From Octopus bimaculoides (Eukaryota), in NCBI RefSeq assembly GCF_001194135.2, contig NC_068981.1:194447784-194511783 (forward strand): a stretch of 64,000 bases of DNA, written 5' to 3'. The notes below the pieces were generated by a model. That model saw only the letters and a program-made list of their open reading frames with translations, searched no databases and was not told the origin of the DNA. Position numbers and translations under genes: made by a program. This document shows, piece after piece, positions 62,661-64,000 of the stretch. Numbering within the stretch: the stretch's first letter is position 1; every line of letters begins with the position of its first letter.

Positions 62661-62710
<50 letters not shown>

Positions 62711-63032
62711 TCATCATCATTGTTGTTTAATGTCTACTTTCCATGCTGGCATGGGTTGGACAGTTTGACTGAGAATTGGTAAAGCCAGGAGGCTGCACCA
62801 GGCCCCAATCTGATTTGGCAAGGTTTCTACAGCTGGATACCCTTCCTAATGCCAACCACTCTGAGAGTGAAGTGGGTGCTTTTACATGCCACTGGCATGG
62901 GTGCCAGTCAGGTGGCACTGGCATCAGCCACACTCGAATGGTGTAATCACTATAAACATCTATGTGGTTGTTTGGTTGTTTGGCAAGAAATTGCCATACC
63001 CTCATACATCGTCTAACGACTGGAGAGTCCAT

Positions 63033-63075
<43 letters not shown>

Positions 63076-63238
63076 TCACGTATACACAACTGGCTTCTTT
63101 CAGTTTCTGTCTACCAAATCCACTGACAAGGTTTTGGTCAGCCTGAGGCTATAGTAGAAAACACTTACCCGAGGTGTCACTCAGTGGGACTGAACCCGGA
63201 GCCATGTGGCTGGGAAGCTAACTTCTTACCACACAGCC
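62442..63238 (-). mobile_element. SINE family A split by an RTE 3' end (62705-62945) in its central microsatellite
   Basis: A tail 62442-62660, family C copy, A head 63085-63238. Confidence 0.85.
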
Positions 63239-64000
63239 AGATCTTTTTTGCAGATCTGTTTGTAGATCGTTTTAAGATATTGCTACTGCACTGCTGCATT
63301 ATAACTGTGCAATAGTTGCACAGTTTCACAGTTACACTTGAGCACCATCTTGTATGATCAAACTCTATCTTTGCTTTTAGGTTAATAACTTTAGGCCATA
63401 TCAAAATGGAAATCAATAAACGATCATTTCAGCCTTTCACCCCCATTTCCTCCCCCTCCTCCTCTTTCTCTGTCCCTTTGTCTCTCCACCTCCCTCTCTC
63501 TGTCTCTGTGTGTGTCTCTCTCTCCCTATCATTCTGTCTCTCTCTTTCTTTCTTTCTCTCTCTGACGTCTCTCCTCCTTTTTTTTCATTTATAATCCTAC
63601 TTTAGAGTAGTTTCTTTAAAGAAAATTTAGACTTCTTACAAAAAAAGTCAGGGACATGCTCTGCTTGAAAACTAAATGGTAAAGTCGATGCTGGTAGTAC
63701 AACTAATACTTAATGAAGTGAACCAAGAGAATTTTTAATTAAAATTGTACTTGTATGTAAAGAGAAAGAATAAAGAAAAGAAAGAAAAAATCCTTCGTTC
63801 GTTCAATGATTGATTAATTATTGCTCAGAAAAAGCAAGGGAGACAATCTACAACATTTCAATTAAGTCTGCGACGTAACCTAAAAATAACAGACAATCCA
63901 CAGAATCTCTGATACAATAGCAGACAATCCATAAAGTCTTTGACGTACGATAAAAAAAAACAACAACAACAACAACAACAGCAAACACATTGACAAACAA

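Noticed and set aside
13009-62886. Recurring peptides such as MSKSTPGLILCKPS, FLQLDALPNANHS and QIHSQGFG
   Set aside because: Chance frames through SINE A and the RTE 3'UTR, not a gene family.
3165-63594. Many ORFs with poly-TH, CV, I, D/M, S or YI runs
   Set aside because: They are translations of (CA)n, (AAT)n, (GAT)n and (TA)n microsatellites with no domain content.

Overview
Eukaryotic, AT-rich, repeat-saturated DNA with ten N gaps. The SINE, RTE and microsatellite content looks like an octopus (cephalopod) draft assembly; the species assignment is inference. No protein-coding gene can be supported with confidence, so the window looks intergenic or intronic. Nearly all ORFs in the track are microsatellite or SINE translations. 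Recognisable content: several tRNA-derived SINE families (here called A, B, D, E, G), many 3' ends of an RTE-clade LINE (family C), fragments of other LINEs (Expander/Rex3-like RTE, BovB-like RTE, CR1-like, R4/Dong-like), Tc1/mariner remnants, hAT and TTAA-ended MITEs, and microsatellites. The most notable signal is family D (5 copies): a tRNA-headed SINE whose consensus holds a minimal type I hammerhead ribozyme and shows Penelope-like inverted junctions. A separate canonical type I hammerhead at 51023-51109 is fused antisense to one D copy. Coordinates of degraded repeats are approximate.
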